Assembly: GCA_964372275.1 (NCBI GenBank)
Contig: CAYJRR010000017.1
Coordinates: 1-48,475, forward strand
Length of the DNA: 48,475 bases
Origin: an uncultured bacterium
Lineage (GTDB): Bacteria > CAYJRR01
Reading direction: 5' to 3'
In this document: piece after piece, positions 28,273-37,364 of the stretch
Numbering within the stretch: the stretch's first letter is position 1
Layout of the letters: each line of letters begins with the position of its first letter
Notes under the pieces: generated by a model
Told to the model about the DNA's origin: nothing
Databases searched by the model: none
Seen by the model: only the letters and a program-made list of their open reading frames with translations
Program-made: the position numbers and the translations under genes

Positions 28273-31055
28273 GCCCGCTTCTTCCTAAATTCTTCGTACC
28301 ACCGCGGGAACCAGCGCTCCACGATCATCCGCGAGAACGGGTCGCGCGGGTTCAACAGTTCGAAGACCGACGTCGCGTTCCGGCGCTCGAAACCGCGGAA
28401 GACCATGCTCCCGGCGTAGCGGAAGATGTGCGATGGGCGATCGGCGTCGACCGGAAGGACGAACACCAGTCGGATCGACGGTCCGTCGAAGGCGAACATC
28501 GCGTGGAACTCGCGGTCGAGCTCCGCCACCGAGATCGTCTTGTCGAGGAAGGCGCGGCGGTCGCGGGTCACGCGCTGGAACGCCCCGAGCGCCTCCTCCG
28601 ACAACGCCACTCCGGCGTTGTAGAGGTCCTGGGTGCCGGTGAGGATGTCGAGGGTGAGCGCGCCGCCGCGCGCCACGGCGTCGGCGAACTCGGCTCGCGC
28701 CTGCTCGCCGATTCCGGCGAAGACGTTGGCCGCGAGGAGCGGGTCCTTGGCGTCGATCGCGTTCCCCAGGTGGGTCGCCAACGAGGGCGGAATCGCCAGG
28801 TTCCATACCTTGTCGACGAAGACGCGGAACGGGTAGGTCAGCGTCGGTACGCCGCTCGTCGCCCTCGCTTCGGCGACGACGGCGTCGAGTCTCCGCTTCA
28901 CTTCGCCGTTGCGGGCGGTGCCGCGCGCCGCCTCGTTGATCTTCTCGGCGATCGCCACCTTCACCGAACCGAACGCCGTCTCCGGCAGGGTCAGCAGCAG
29001 CGCCTGGGAGCCGAAGGAGATGAACGCGCCGGCGGTCAGGTCGCTCCCCAGCAGGAACTCCTGGCTCTGGGTCAACTCCTCCTTCAGCTTCGCCGCCAGC
29101 TCCTCCAGGCGGAACAGCTCGTTGTCGATCCGGTGCAGGTCCCCCAGAACCCCCGCCCCGGTGTGGAATTCGCCCGACCTCTCCTCCTCCCGGGAGGCGG
29201 CCGATTCGATCGCGGTCCGCTCCTCGACCAGCGAACGCCGTCTCTCCTCCAGCTTCTTGTTCTCCTCGAGGAACTTCGCCCGGAGCCGCTCCAGCTCCCC
29301 CTTCACCACCGACTCCGGCATCCGCGCCCGCAGCTTCTCCCGGTAGCGGTTCAACATCTCCTGCGCCGCGTCGGCGAAATCGATCAGCGAGATCATCTCC
29401 CCGGAGACGCACAACGCGTCGCCGAGCAGGTTGTTGAGGACGATCGTCTGCGGGCCCCGCTTCTTGATCAGGTCGCCGGCGATGGCGAGCAGCGGCCCGT
29501 AGAACTCCCGCTTCAGGAAGTCGGCCATGTTGACCTCCTTCAGCGAGTGCGTCTTCTTGGTGAAGTCCTTCAGGTCGATGAAGAAGTGGCCCTCCTCGCG
29601 GACGATCTCCTGGCGCAGGATCGGCAGGTCGTCGGCGGCGATCCGGTAGAGGCGTCCCGACTCGTACTCCGCCCGTACCTGGGTGACCGTCCGCTCCTCG
29701 GCACGCCGGTCGACGAGCACCGACGCGGCTCGGTCGACGATCTCCTTCGCCTGGCGGTCGATCTGGTAGACCGCCACCCCCGCCACCGCCTCGCGCAGGA
29801 GCGCCTCCGGCACGACGTCCCGCCCGAACGCCTTGGTCGGCATCCGCTGCAGCAGCTCGGCGCTCCCCAGGTGCTGCGACAGCGCCCCCAGCCGCGCGAC
29901 CAGGCCGGGATCGCCGCGCTCCTGCTGGAACCGCAGCAACAGCTTCCCGCGCGTGGCGCGGCCGAACGCCGTCTCGCGCACCCGCCGCGGATCGTTCATG
30001 AGCGACGCGAGCTCGATCGCCAGGTCGACGCTCGGGGAGACGTCGTGGGCGAGGACCCGGGCGATGTGCATCCGCACGTCGCGGATCCAGGCCGCTTCGA
30101 CCACCGGCGTCAACTGCTTGAGCGCCGTACGCGATGCCGCCACCTCGATCGACGCGTCGAGGTCGTTCCGCACGAGGTCGACGCCGCGCCAGTGCCACAT
30201 CACGTCGGCGAACAGATCCGGGCTGAATCCGTAGGGATTGATCTCCCAGGTGAGCGCGCGGCCGGGATCCCGTACGAAGGTGGCCGGCGAGACGGTGGAA
30301 CGGAGGGCGGTCGGGGTGTGCGGGTGGATGCCCGCGCTCTCCTGGATCACCGGGCTGTCCAGGACGGCGGAAAACGCCTCGTCGAACAACGCGTACATCA
30401 GGAGCGCGACCGCCGGTTCCGCGCGCGCCGCGAACGCCGCGTTGGCGAGCGTCGCCAGCCGCGCCGACCAGATCGGTAGCAGATGCCGGAGCACGGCGAG
30501 CTGGTTCAGGTAGGCCGACGGTTCCTTGCGGTAGAGGTTGTGCTCCTCGACGAGCGACTTGCGGCAGACGCTGCCGAGCTGCGCGGCGAGCGCCGCCCCC
30601 TTTCCGCGCGCGAGCCAATGGCGAACCAACGCCGGGTCGAGCCACGGATCGAGCGCGACCTGGGCCCGCGCGACCTTTTCCGAGAACGGCGCGGCGGCGC
30701 CCGCCGTTCCCGCGGTGAGGGAGTACGACGCGGCGTCGAGGTCGATCGACGCGTAGGCGGGGAGCTGCGAGATGCGTTCGTACTCCTCCGGTTCGAGCCG
30801 GTCGGAATGGCGGATCTGCGCCAACAGCAGCAGCTCGTCGATCGCCTCCTCGACCGCCTTGGTGAAGACCGGCGCCGTCGCGAACGGCACCTTCAGGTTC
30901 TGGAACGACTCGCCGACGGAGAAGCGGAGGCGGTCGAACGGGATCGCCCAGAACCGTTCCGGATCGATCCGCTCCTGGAGGCAGTGCCGCTGGATGGCGC
31001 GATAGGTCCCGTACCGCCGCGCGACGAGCGTCGTCTCCGGAACCGTCGAAGCCAC
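28269..31055 (-). CDS. Large protein with a divergent class III nucleotidyl cyclase-like domain and coiled-coil insert
   Basis: FFIDLKDFT, NLLGDAL, AGAFISFG, INEAAR, VALSEEA and FRGFE appear in class III cyclase order; 928-aa ORF with strong codon bias. Confidence 0.7.
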   Translation of the reverse strand: MASTVPETTLVARRYGTYRAIQRHCLQERIDPERFWAIPFDRLRFSVGESFQNLKVPFATAPVFTKAVEEAIDELLLLAQIRHSDRLEPEEYERISQLPAYASIDLDAASYSLTAGTAGAAAPFSEKVARAQVALDPWLDPALVRHWLARGKGAALAAQLGSVCRKSLVEEHNLYRKEPSAYLNQLAVLRHLLPIWSARLATLANAAFAARAEPAVALLMYALFDEAFSAVLDSPVIQESAGIHPHTPTALRSTVSPATFVRDPGRALTWEINPYGFSPDLFADVMWHWRGVDLVRNDLDASIEVAASRTALKQLTPVVEAAWIRDVRMHIARVLAHDVSPSVDLAIELASLMNDPRRVRETAFGRATRGKLLLRFQQERGDPGLVARLGALSQHLGSAELLQRMPTKAFGRDVVPEALLREAVAGVAVYQIDRQAKEIVDRAASVLVDRRAEERTVTQVRAEYESGRLYRIAADDLPILRQEIVREEGHFFIDLKDFTKKTHSLKEVNMADFLKREFYGPLLAIAGDLIKKRGPQTIVLNNLLGDALCVSGEMISLIDFADAAQEMLNRYREKLRARMPESVVKGELERLRAKFLEENKKLEERRRSLVEERTAIESAASREEERSGEFHTGAGVLGDLHRIDNELFRLEELAAKLKEELTQSQEFLLGSDLTAGAFISFGSQALLLTLPETAFGSVKVAIAEKINEAARGTARNGEVKRRLDAVVAEARATSGVPTLTYPFRVFVDKVWNLAIPPSLATHLGNAIDAKDPLLAANVFAGIGEQARAEFADAVARGGALTLDILTGTQDLYNAGVALSEEALGAFQRVTRDRRAFLDKTISVAELDREFHAMFAFDGPSIRLVFVLPVDADRPSHIFRYAGSMVFRGFERRNATSVFELLNPRDPFSRMIVERWFPRWYEEFRKKRA

Positions 31056-31065
31056 GTCCTGGATT

Positions 31066-33069
31066 CTAATGGATCACGGGGGACGGCGGCGGTTCCTCGC
31101 GACCGAACGTGCCGAGGAACTGATCGAGCGCGCCGACGTCGACCGGCTTGCGGAAGACGGCGTCGACCAGCGCCAGGTTCTGCCGACTCTGCCCGCGGAG
31201 ATCGGCACCGGTGACGATCGCGATCGCCGCCTCGGGCGTGAGGCGGCGGATCTCGCGCGCCACGTCCCAACCGGACCGGTCGGGCATCACCGCGTCGATC
31301 AGCGCCGCGTCGGGCCGGACCGATCCCCACAGCCGGATCGCGCCGTCGCCGGTGTGCGCGGTGCGGACGTCGTACCCTTCCTCGGTCAGCACCTCGGAAA
31401 GCGCGCGCGCGTTCTCCAGGTCGTCGTCGACGACCAGCACGCGGTGGATTCGGCCGGCGGGGGTCGGTCCAGACGCGGCCCCGGAAGCGGGAATCCGCGG
31501 CAGCTCCTCCTCCCGGACCGGGAGCCGCAATTCGCAGCCGATGCCGCGTCCGTCGGGAAGGTTCTCCCACCGGAGCGTTCCCCCCATCCGTTCCACCTGA
31601 TTCCGCCCGACCGAAAGCAGCAGCGCACGGCGCGGATTCGGGTATCGGCCCTTCAGCGGCTCGGCCAGGTTCGCGAGCTCCTCGGGCGAGAACGGCTTCG
31701 CCCCCGCCTCGATGCGGAGCTCGAACCGGTCGTCCCTCCGTCCCCCGGCGACCCGGATCCGCGCGCCCGGATCGACCCGCTCGCAGATTGCGAGCAGGAC
31801 GTTGACGACCAGCTCCGACAGCAGCTCCGTGTCGGCAACGATCGGCGTCGAGCCCTCGAGCTCCCGCTCGATCGACGTTCCGGGTGCGCGCGCGGTGAGT
31901 TCCTGCCTCGCCCGGTCGAGCGCCCGTTCGATCCGCGGCTCCGCCGGACCGACCACGGGACTGTCGGCGGCGCGCCGGATCTCGGAGAGCGCCTGCAGCC
32001 GCTCGACCGTTTCGCGCACCCCGCGCATCGCCGGTTCCAGCGCGTCGACGGCCGCGCCCTCCCGCTTCGCGCGGTCGATCTTCAGCGACAACACGTTCAG
32101 GGCGTTGTTGAGGGCGTGGGCGGCGGTGGCGGCCAGGCTCCCGATCGCCTCCCCCTGCGTCCGTTCCAGGAAGCGCGCCTCCATCTCCCGCAGCTCCTGG
32201 TAGGCGTGGGTCAGCTCGCGCGCGCTTCGCTCCTGCTCCGTGCGGTCGGCGACCGTCTGCAGAACGCCGACCAACGACGTCTCTTCCGCCGGTGGCTCCT
32301 CGCCGGGCGTCGGCTGTCGGCGCAGGAGCGTGGCGCTCATCTCCAGCACCGCTTCGGATCCATCGGGGAGACGGTCGATCGTCATCCGCACGCCACGCAC
32401 ATCGCGCCGCTCCTTCAGCGCCCGCACGTACGGCATCTCCGCCGGCCGGAACGGCGTACCGTCCGGTTTGCGCGCGCGGACAGAGACCAGCACCGATCGG
32501 AGCGCTTCGGCGGCGCGCGTGCCGACCAGCGCCCGCACCGGGACTCCGAGGATGCGGGTGACCGCGGGGGTGGCGAACGAGATCGTCCCGTCGCCGTCGA
32601 CCAGCAGGATCCCGACCTCGACGTTTTCCAGCACCGACTCCATCACCGCCGCCTCGCGGAAGCGGACCTCCTCGCTCGCCAGGCACCGGTCGAACCCGGC
32701 GTGGACGGAGGCGGCCGCTTCGCCGATCAGCTCGGTGATCAGCTCCACCATCTCCGGCTCGAACCGGCCGCTGTGCCGGGCGTAGACGCGGAGGAGCACC
32801 TGCTGGAGCGCCTTCATCTCCCGCGCGACGTCTTCGGACTGGAACCTCTGCCGATAGCGCCACGCGCCGTGGCCGCGCATCGACTCCGGCCAGAGCCAGA
32901 ACGCCTCCTCTCCGCGCTGGTCGAGCAGCCGCGCGAGCTCGTCGACGATGCGCGCCAGCGGCGCGCGCAGATCCCGCCCCGGAAGGTCGAGCTCGCGCAG
33001 TTCGTCGCGCAGCCGCTTCGACCAGAGCCTCGCGATCCGGTCCTTCTCGGCCGCGACGAAATCCGCCAT
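31066..33069 (-). CDS. Hybrid sensor protein: RsbRD_N/globin-like + PAS + HisKA + degenerate HATPase + REC
   Basis: HGAWRYRQRF sensor helix, VLENVEVGILLVDGDG PAS, AHALNNAL H-box, REC VLVVDDD/LIDAVMPD/VTG/RKPVD. Start ATG 33069; the longer ORF-track start lies inside a repeat. Confidence 0.88.
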   Translation of the reverse strand: MADFVAAEKDRIARLWSKRLRDELRELDLPGRDLRAPLARIVDELARLLDQRGEEAFWLWPESMRGHGAWRYRQRFQSEDVAREMKALQQVLLRVYARHSGRFEPEMVELITELIGEAAASVHAGFDRCLASEEVRFREAAVMESVLENVEVGILLVDGDGTISFATPAVTRILGVPVRALVGTRAAEALRSVLVSVRARKPDGTPFRPAEMPYVRALKERRDVRGVRMTIDRLPDGSEAVLEMSATLLRRQPTPGEEPPAEETSLVGVLQTVADRTEQERSARELTHAYQELREMEARFLERTQGEAIGSLAATAAHALNNALNVLSLKIDRAKREGAAVDALEPAMRGVRETVERLQALSEIRRAADSPVVGPAEPRIERALDRARQELTARAPGTSIERELEGSTPIVADTELLSELVVNVLLAICERVDPGARIRVAGGRRDDRFELRIEAGAKPFSPEELANLAEPLKGRYPNPRRALLLSVGRNQVERMGGTLRWENLPDGRGIGCELRLPVREEELPRIPASGAASGPTPAGRIHRVLVVDDDLENARALSEVLTEEGYDVRTAHTGDGAIRLWGSVRPDAALIDAVMPDRSGWDVAREIRRLTPEAAIAIVTGADLRGQSRQNLALVDAVFRKPVDVGALDQFLGTFGREEPPPSPVIH

Positions 33070-33164
33070 CTGGGCTATCAGTTCGTTGCGGGCTGGACGC
33101 AAAGGAAACACCGGGTACCGATGCGCATCGGCCCTGAGGACGCCAGGCCGGACAAGGGGGGCTT

Positions 33165-33262
33165 GAGAATCGAGAATTGGAAACTGGAAATTGGAAATTG
33201 AAAACCGACAACGAAGGGCGGTCGCCAATCGTCGGTTTTCAATTTCCAATTTTTCATTTCGA
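33165..33262. repeat. AT-rich heptamer tandem repeat forming a long palindrome
   Basis: Six heptamers GAGAATC GAGAATT GGAAACT GGAAATT GGAAATT GAAAACC (33165-33206); perfect 22-bp inverted repeat at 33188-33209 / 33231-33252. Confidence 0.9.
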
Positions 33263-33309
33263 ATCCCTTCTCCTTGCTACGCAGCGCCGCCGGAGCAGGC
33301 GATACTCTG

Positions 33310-34044
33310 GTGCCGCTCGAGACGAAGCCACGCACCCCGGCCGAGGCGGCGCCGCTCTCGGCGCCGGTCCTGGTGCAGCTGTTTCGCGGCGAGCTGGCCC
33401 GGTCCGATACCTGGCGGATGCGCCTCGACACCACCACCAACTGGTCGCTGACGACGACCGCGGCCGTGCTCTCTCTGGGTTTTGCCAGCCCCACCGTTCC
33501 GCACACCATTCTCCTGATCGGCGTATGGATGGTCTTCTCGTTCCTTCTGATCGAAGCGCGTCGCTACCGCTACTACGACCTCTGGAACCGCCGGGTCCGG
33601 CTGATGGAGGACGGCTATTGGGCGCCGTTGTTGCGCGCGGAGCCGATCGACGCCGACGCGCTGTCGGAGCTGGCTCACGAGATGAGCCGCCCCCGGATCC
33701 GCCTCTCCCTGTTCAGCGCGATGGCGTTGCGCTTGAACCGCGCCTACGGACCGATCCTGCTGGTTCTGCTCGGCGGCTGGTTCGTGAAGGTGAACGGCCA
33801 CCCGGTACCGGCCGCCTCCTTCCGCGAAGTACTGCTTCGCGCCCACGTCGGACCGATCGGCGGCACCTGGGTCATGGCGTTCATGGCGCTGTCTACGGTC
33901 GGATTCCTCCTCCTGTTCGCGTCCGCGATGATCGCTCGCCCACCGCTCGGCGAGATCCAGGTCGGCCGCACGGCGCGCCGCTCGTTCTGGGAGGCGATCC
34001 TCCGTCCCTACGGCGCTCCGGCCGTCCTCCGCAGCCGGCGTTAG
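33310..34044 (+). CDS. DUF2270 family integral membrane protein
   Basis: LFRGELARSDTWRMRLDTTTNW, IEARRYRYYDLW..RVRLME, RLNRAYG. Confidence 0.9.
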   Translation: MPLETKPRTPAEAAPLSAPVLVQLFRGELARSDTWRMRLDTTTNWSLTTTAAVLSLGFASPTVPHTILLIGVWMVFSFLLIEARRYRYYDLWNRRVRLMEDGYWAPLLRAEPIDADALSELAHEMSRPRIRLSLFSAMALRLNRAYGPILLVLLGGWFVKVNGHPVPAASFREVLLRAHVGPIGGTWVMAFMALSTVGFLLLFASAMIARPPLGEIQVGRTARRSFWEAILRPYGAPAVLRSRR

Positions 34045-35024
34045 CCGAAGGAGGCGCCGAGGTGCGCCAGGGCCCAGCGTTCGGCGGCAAACTCCGGCCG
34101 GCGCCACGTGCCGGAGACGAAGCCGACGTGGCCGCCCCGCGCGGAGAGCACCAGTACGAGGTGCGGATTCGATTCGATCTCCACCGTCGGGATCGCCTCC
34201 GGCGGCACGATCGGGTCGTCGGCCGCGGAGAGGAGCAGCGTCGGGCGGCGGATCGCGGCGAGGTATTTCGCGGACGAACAACGGTCCCAATAGTCGAGCG
34301 CGTCCCGGAATCCGTTCAGCGGAGCGGTCACCGCTCCGTCGAACTCGCAGAAGGTGCGGCAACGACGGATGGCGGCGGCGTCGAGCGTCGCCGGGTGTCG
34401 GCGGGCGCCGGCCAGCGCCTTGCGCTTCAGGCTCCGCAGGAATCGCCGGCGGTACAGCGCCGGCAAGAGGCCCGGCCGGTCGAGCGCGGCGGCGCAGAGG
34501 CCCAAGTCGAACGGCGTGGAGACGGCCACCGCGGAGTCGCACGGGACGGCGTCGCCCCGTTCCCCCATCCACTTGAGCAGTACGTTCGCGCCCAGCGAAA
34601 ATCCGACCGCCCCCACCGGAACGCGCCCCCAGCGCGCGCGCAGCCGGGCGACGACGTCGTCGAGGTCGTCGGTATGACCCGAGTGGTAGGTGCGGGCGTA
34701 ACGCCACGGCGACGGACCGCACGAGCGGAAGTTCAACGCCGCGCCGTTCCATCCGTTCGCCTCGACCGCCCGCAGGACTCCCCGGACGTACCCCGCCCGG
34801 GAGGAGCCTTCGAGTCCGTGCAGGACCAGCACCCCGGGCCTTCCGGGAAGGGCGGGGAGGAGGTCGACGTCGAGGCGGTCACCGTCGGCGGCGGCCCAGG
34901 TCTCCGGTCGGACGCCGGGGCGCGGATCGGGGCGCGCCACTGTGGCGAAGACGGTCTGGAGGTGTGGGTTGGCCAGGCCCGCGAGCGGACGGAACTCCAC
35001 CGAGGGTCGTGATAGCCCTTTCAC
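34041..35024 (-). CDS. YheT-family alpha/beta hydrolase
   Basis: NPHLQT, LHGLEGSS, NFRSC, GFSLG nucleophile, DDPIV, GGHVGF. Confidence 0.93.
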   Translation of the reverse strand: MKGLSRPSVEFRPLAGLANPHLQTVFATVARPDPRPGVRPETWAAADGDRLDVDLLPALPGRPGVLVLHGLEGSSRAGYVRGVLRAVEANGWNGAALNFRSCGPSPWRYARTYHSGHTDDLDDVVARLRARWGRVPVGAVGFSLGANVLLKWMGERGDAVPCDSAVAVSTPFDLGLCAAALDRPGLLPALYRRRFLRSLKRKALAGARRHPATLDAAAIRRCRTFCEFDGAVTAPLNGFRDALDYWDRCSSAKYLAAIRRPTLLLSAADDPIVPPEAIPTVEIESNPHLVLVLSARGGHVGFVSGTWRRPEFAAERWALAHLGASFG

Positions 35025-35027
35025 CGG

Positions 35028-36320
35028 TCACGTGCCAGGCGCACGTTCGGCCAGGGCGTCCTGGAGCCGGTCGACGCGGCGCAGGTCGGGGAACAGGACG
35101 CTCCAGGCGGCGACGACCAGGAGGGTGCCGATCCCCCCGAGCACCACCGCCGGTTCGGTTCCGAACCAGGCGGCGGTGATCCCCGATTCGAACTCCCCCA
35201 GCTCGTTGCTGGCGCCGATGAAGACCAGGTTCACCGCGCTCACCCGACCGCGAAGCTCCGGCGGCGTCGCCATCTGCACCAGCGTGTGACGAACGACGAC
35301 GCTCACCATGTCGGCGGCGCCGACCAGGAACAGCGCGGCGAGCGAGAGTGGAAAGCTTCGCGACAGGCCGAAGACGACCGTCATCGCGCCGAACAACGCG
35401 ACGGAGACGAACAGCACCACGCCGCTCCGGCGAAGCGGCGGGAGATGGGCCAACAGCACCGCCATCGCTCCGGCGCCGATCGCCGGCGCGCTTCGCAGCA
35501 CCCCGAGGCCTCCCGGTCCGACGCGGAGGATGTCGCGGGCATAGATCGGGAGGAGGGCCACCGCCCCTCCGAGCAGCACCGCGAACAGGTCGAGCGAGAT
35601 CGCGCCGAGAACGACCTTCCGGTTCCAGACGTAACGGACCCCCGCCAGCACGCCCCGCAGACTGCGGTCCGGGACCGCGGGCCTGCCGCCGGCGTCGAGG
35701 GTCGTGGCCTCCGCGTGAGGTCCGATGCGCAGCGCGAAGGCGGCGGCGATCCCCCACAGCGAGGCGCAGACGAGGTAGGCCGAGCCCGGGCCCCCCAGAT
35801 CGCAGAGCAGTCCGCCGATCGCCGGTCCCGCGACGATCGCCGCCTGCCAGATCGAGGAACTCCAGGCGACGGCGTTTTCGAAGTGGCGCTTCGGCACCAG
35901 CTGCGGCATCAGCGCCTGCCCGGCGGGACCGGCGAAGACGCGTGCCACGCCGGTCAAGGTGAGCACCGCGTAGAGCGGCGCGGTTCCGAGCGACTCGATC
36001 CGCGCGCCGAAGACGAACAGCCCCACCGCGCAGAGGGCCAGGGCCGACTGGCTCACCGCGATCACCCGGCGCCGATCGGTTCGATCGGCGACCTGGCCTG
36101 CGACGAGCGCCAACAGCAACGCCGGAAGGAACTGGGCGAGACCGACCAACCCTAGGTCGAGCGCCCGTTCGGTCGCGTTGTAGACCTGCCACCCGACGGC
36201 GACCGACTGCGCCTGGAGCGCCACCATCCCCAGGAACCGCGAGACCTGGAAGAGGCGAAAATCGCGGTGCCCGAACGCCGCCCGAGGCGGCACGCGTTCG
36301 GCGGAGGCGATCGCGCCCAC
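35028..36320 (-). CDS. MFS transporter (DHA3/EntS-like)
   Basis: HRDFRLF, AGQVADRTDRR motif A, SLDLFAVLLGG, LRGRVSAVN, SNELGEFESG; about 12 TM segments. Confidence 0.93.
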   Translation of the reverse strand: MGAIASAERVPPRAAFGHRDFRLFQVSRFLGMVALQAQSVAVGWQVYNATERALDLGLVGLAQFLPALLLALVAGQVADRTDRRRVIAVSQSALALCAVGLFVFGARIESLGTAPLYAVLTLTGVARVFAGPAGQALMPQLVPKRHFENAVAWSSSIWQAAIVAGPAIGGLLCDLGGPGSAYLVCASLWGIAAAFALRIGPHAEATTLDAGGRPAVPDRSLRGVLAGVRYVWNRKVVLGAISLDLFAVLLGGAVALLPIYARDILRVGPGGLGVLRSAPAIGAGAMAVLLAHLPPLRRSGVVLFVSVALFGAMTVVFGLSRSFPLSLAALFLVGAADMVSVVVRHTLVQMATPPELRGRVSAVNLVFIGASNELGEFESGITAAWFGTEPAVVLGGIGTLLVVAAWSVLFPDLRRVDRLQDALAERAPGT

Positions 36321-36325
36321 GACCC

Positions 36326-36592
36326 CTAGGATACGCCGGCGGAAGGCGCGGGCGTGCGTTCGACCGACTCGACGGTCGACCTTTCCCGATCGACCCGCAG
36401 GCGCGTCGTCCGACCGCACGCGTCGCAGGCGATCGAGATCGATACGCCTTCGCCCGTGGACGGTCGCAGGTCGAGCGACAGGCACGGGAGCTTGGGCTGG
36501 GCGTTGGCCGACCGATTCAGCGAGGCCGCGCAACAGTACGGCAGCGACCGCGCCGCCCGGGAGAGCTCGTCGAAGAGGGTAAGCCCCGCCAT
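36326..36592 (-). CDS. Small Cys-rich hypothetical protein (possible Zn-binding)
   Basis: 88 aa with YCC, PC and CDAC; sits co-directionally between neighbours with short gaps. Confidence 0.5.
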   Translation of the reverse strand: MAGLTLFDELSRAARSLPYCCAASLNRSANAQPKLPCLSLDLRPSTGEGVSISIACDACGRTTRLRVDRERSTVESVERTPAPSAGVS

Positions 36593-36622
36593 CGTCCGCG
36601 GATCTTACGCGATCCGCCGTCG

Positions 36623-37219
36623 CTAAAGCGACGGGTGCAACGGCGCGGCGTAGAACAGGATCGGCGGCACCACCGTGACCGTCTGGTCGAGCGAGACGGT
36701 CTCCTCCGTCGCGTCGACGGGCTCGCAGCCGTTCGGACCGAGGCGGGAGGCGAGCGGCACCGCCATCTGCGCGGCGTCATCGCGCCGGACGCGGGCGGCC
36801 GTCTCGCCGCGGACGACGAAGGTGGCCCGCGGGATCGGCGGAGACGGGATCCGGGCCGAGCCCGTGCAGTCGGAGCTCTCGAAGTGCAGTTCCAGCGGCC
36901 CCGGAACGGCCTCGCCGACCATGGCCGTCCCCGGATCGAGCCGCCACAGGTTTCCGCCCGCGTCGACGTAGAGGAGGTGCGAGAGGCTTCCCGGTCCGAC
37001 GAGCGGCACGCCGTAGACCGCGTTCTGCACCGCCGCGCCCCCCGCATCGCGCCACTCCATCGCCCCCTTCCCGGCCGGCCCCGCCGGACCCGGAGCCCCG
37101 GTCGGTCCGCGGGGACCGGCGGGCCCCGGCCGTAGGATCCGATCGCGGTCGCCTCCACCCCCCGATCGATCGCACGCCGGGACGGCCGCGAGCAGGAGAG
37201 GGAAGACGGCGACCCTCAT
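36623..37219 (-). CDS. Lipoprotein with a short collagen-like repeat
   Basis: MRVAVFPLLLAAVPA-C; seven G-X-Y triplets GPAGPRGPTGAPGPAGPAGKG (37064-37126); HFESSDCTG segment. Confidence 0.75.
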   Translation of the reverse strand: MRVAVFPLLLAAVPACDRSGGGGDRDRILRPGPAGPRGPTGAPGPAGPAGKGAMEWRDAGGAAVQNAVYGVPLVGPGSLSHLLYVDAGGNLWRLDPGTAMVGEAVPGPLELHFESSDCTGSARIPSPPIPRATFVVRGETAARVRRDDAAQMAVPLASRLGPNGCEPVDATEETVSLDQTVTVVPPILFYAAPLHPSL

Positions 37220-37364
37220 CGCCGCGATCGACGGACGCCCCCGGAGCGGACGGCGGGCCTTCATGGGGCGCGAACGTAGGTGGCGGTACATGCGTCGCAA
37301 CCGGTCGGCCGCAGGAAGGACCGAGCCGGCCGAAGCGGAGCGACGGGCGCGATCCGATCCGCGG

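Noticed and set aside
27750-30479. 909-aa plus-strand ORF (likewise 22801-25452, 37263-39785, 41007-43838)
   Set aside because: Antisense or off-frame to well-supported genes; Arg/Pro/Gly-rich composition typical of non-coding frames.
28269-31055. Calling the cyclase-like gene a Pycsar/CBASS defence system
   Set aside because: No adjacent cyclic-nucleotide-binding, TIR or TM effector, and the context is not a defence island.
33070-33249. Extended N-terminus of the sensor kinase and ORFs starting at 33177/33191
   Set aside because: These translate the heptamer palindrome (FSISNFQFPI, NWKLEI) rather than protein-like sequence.
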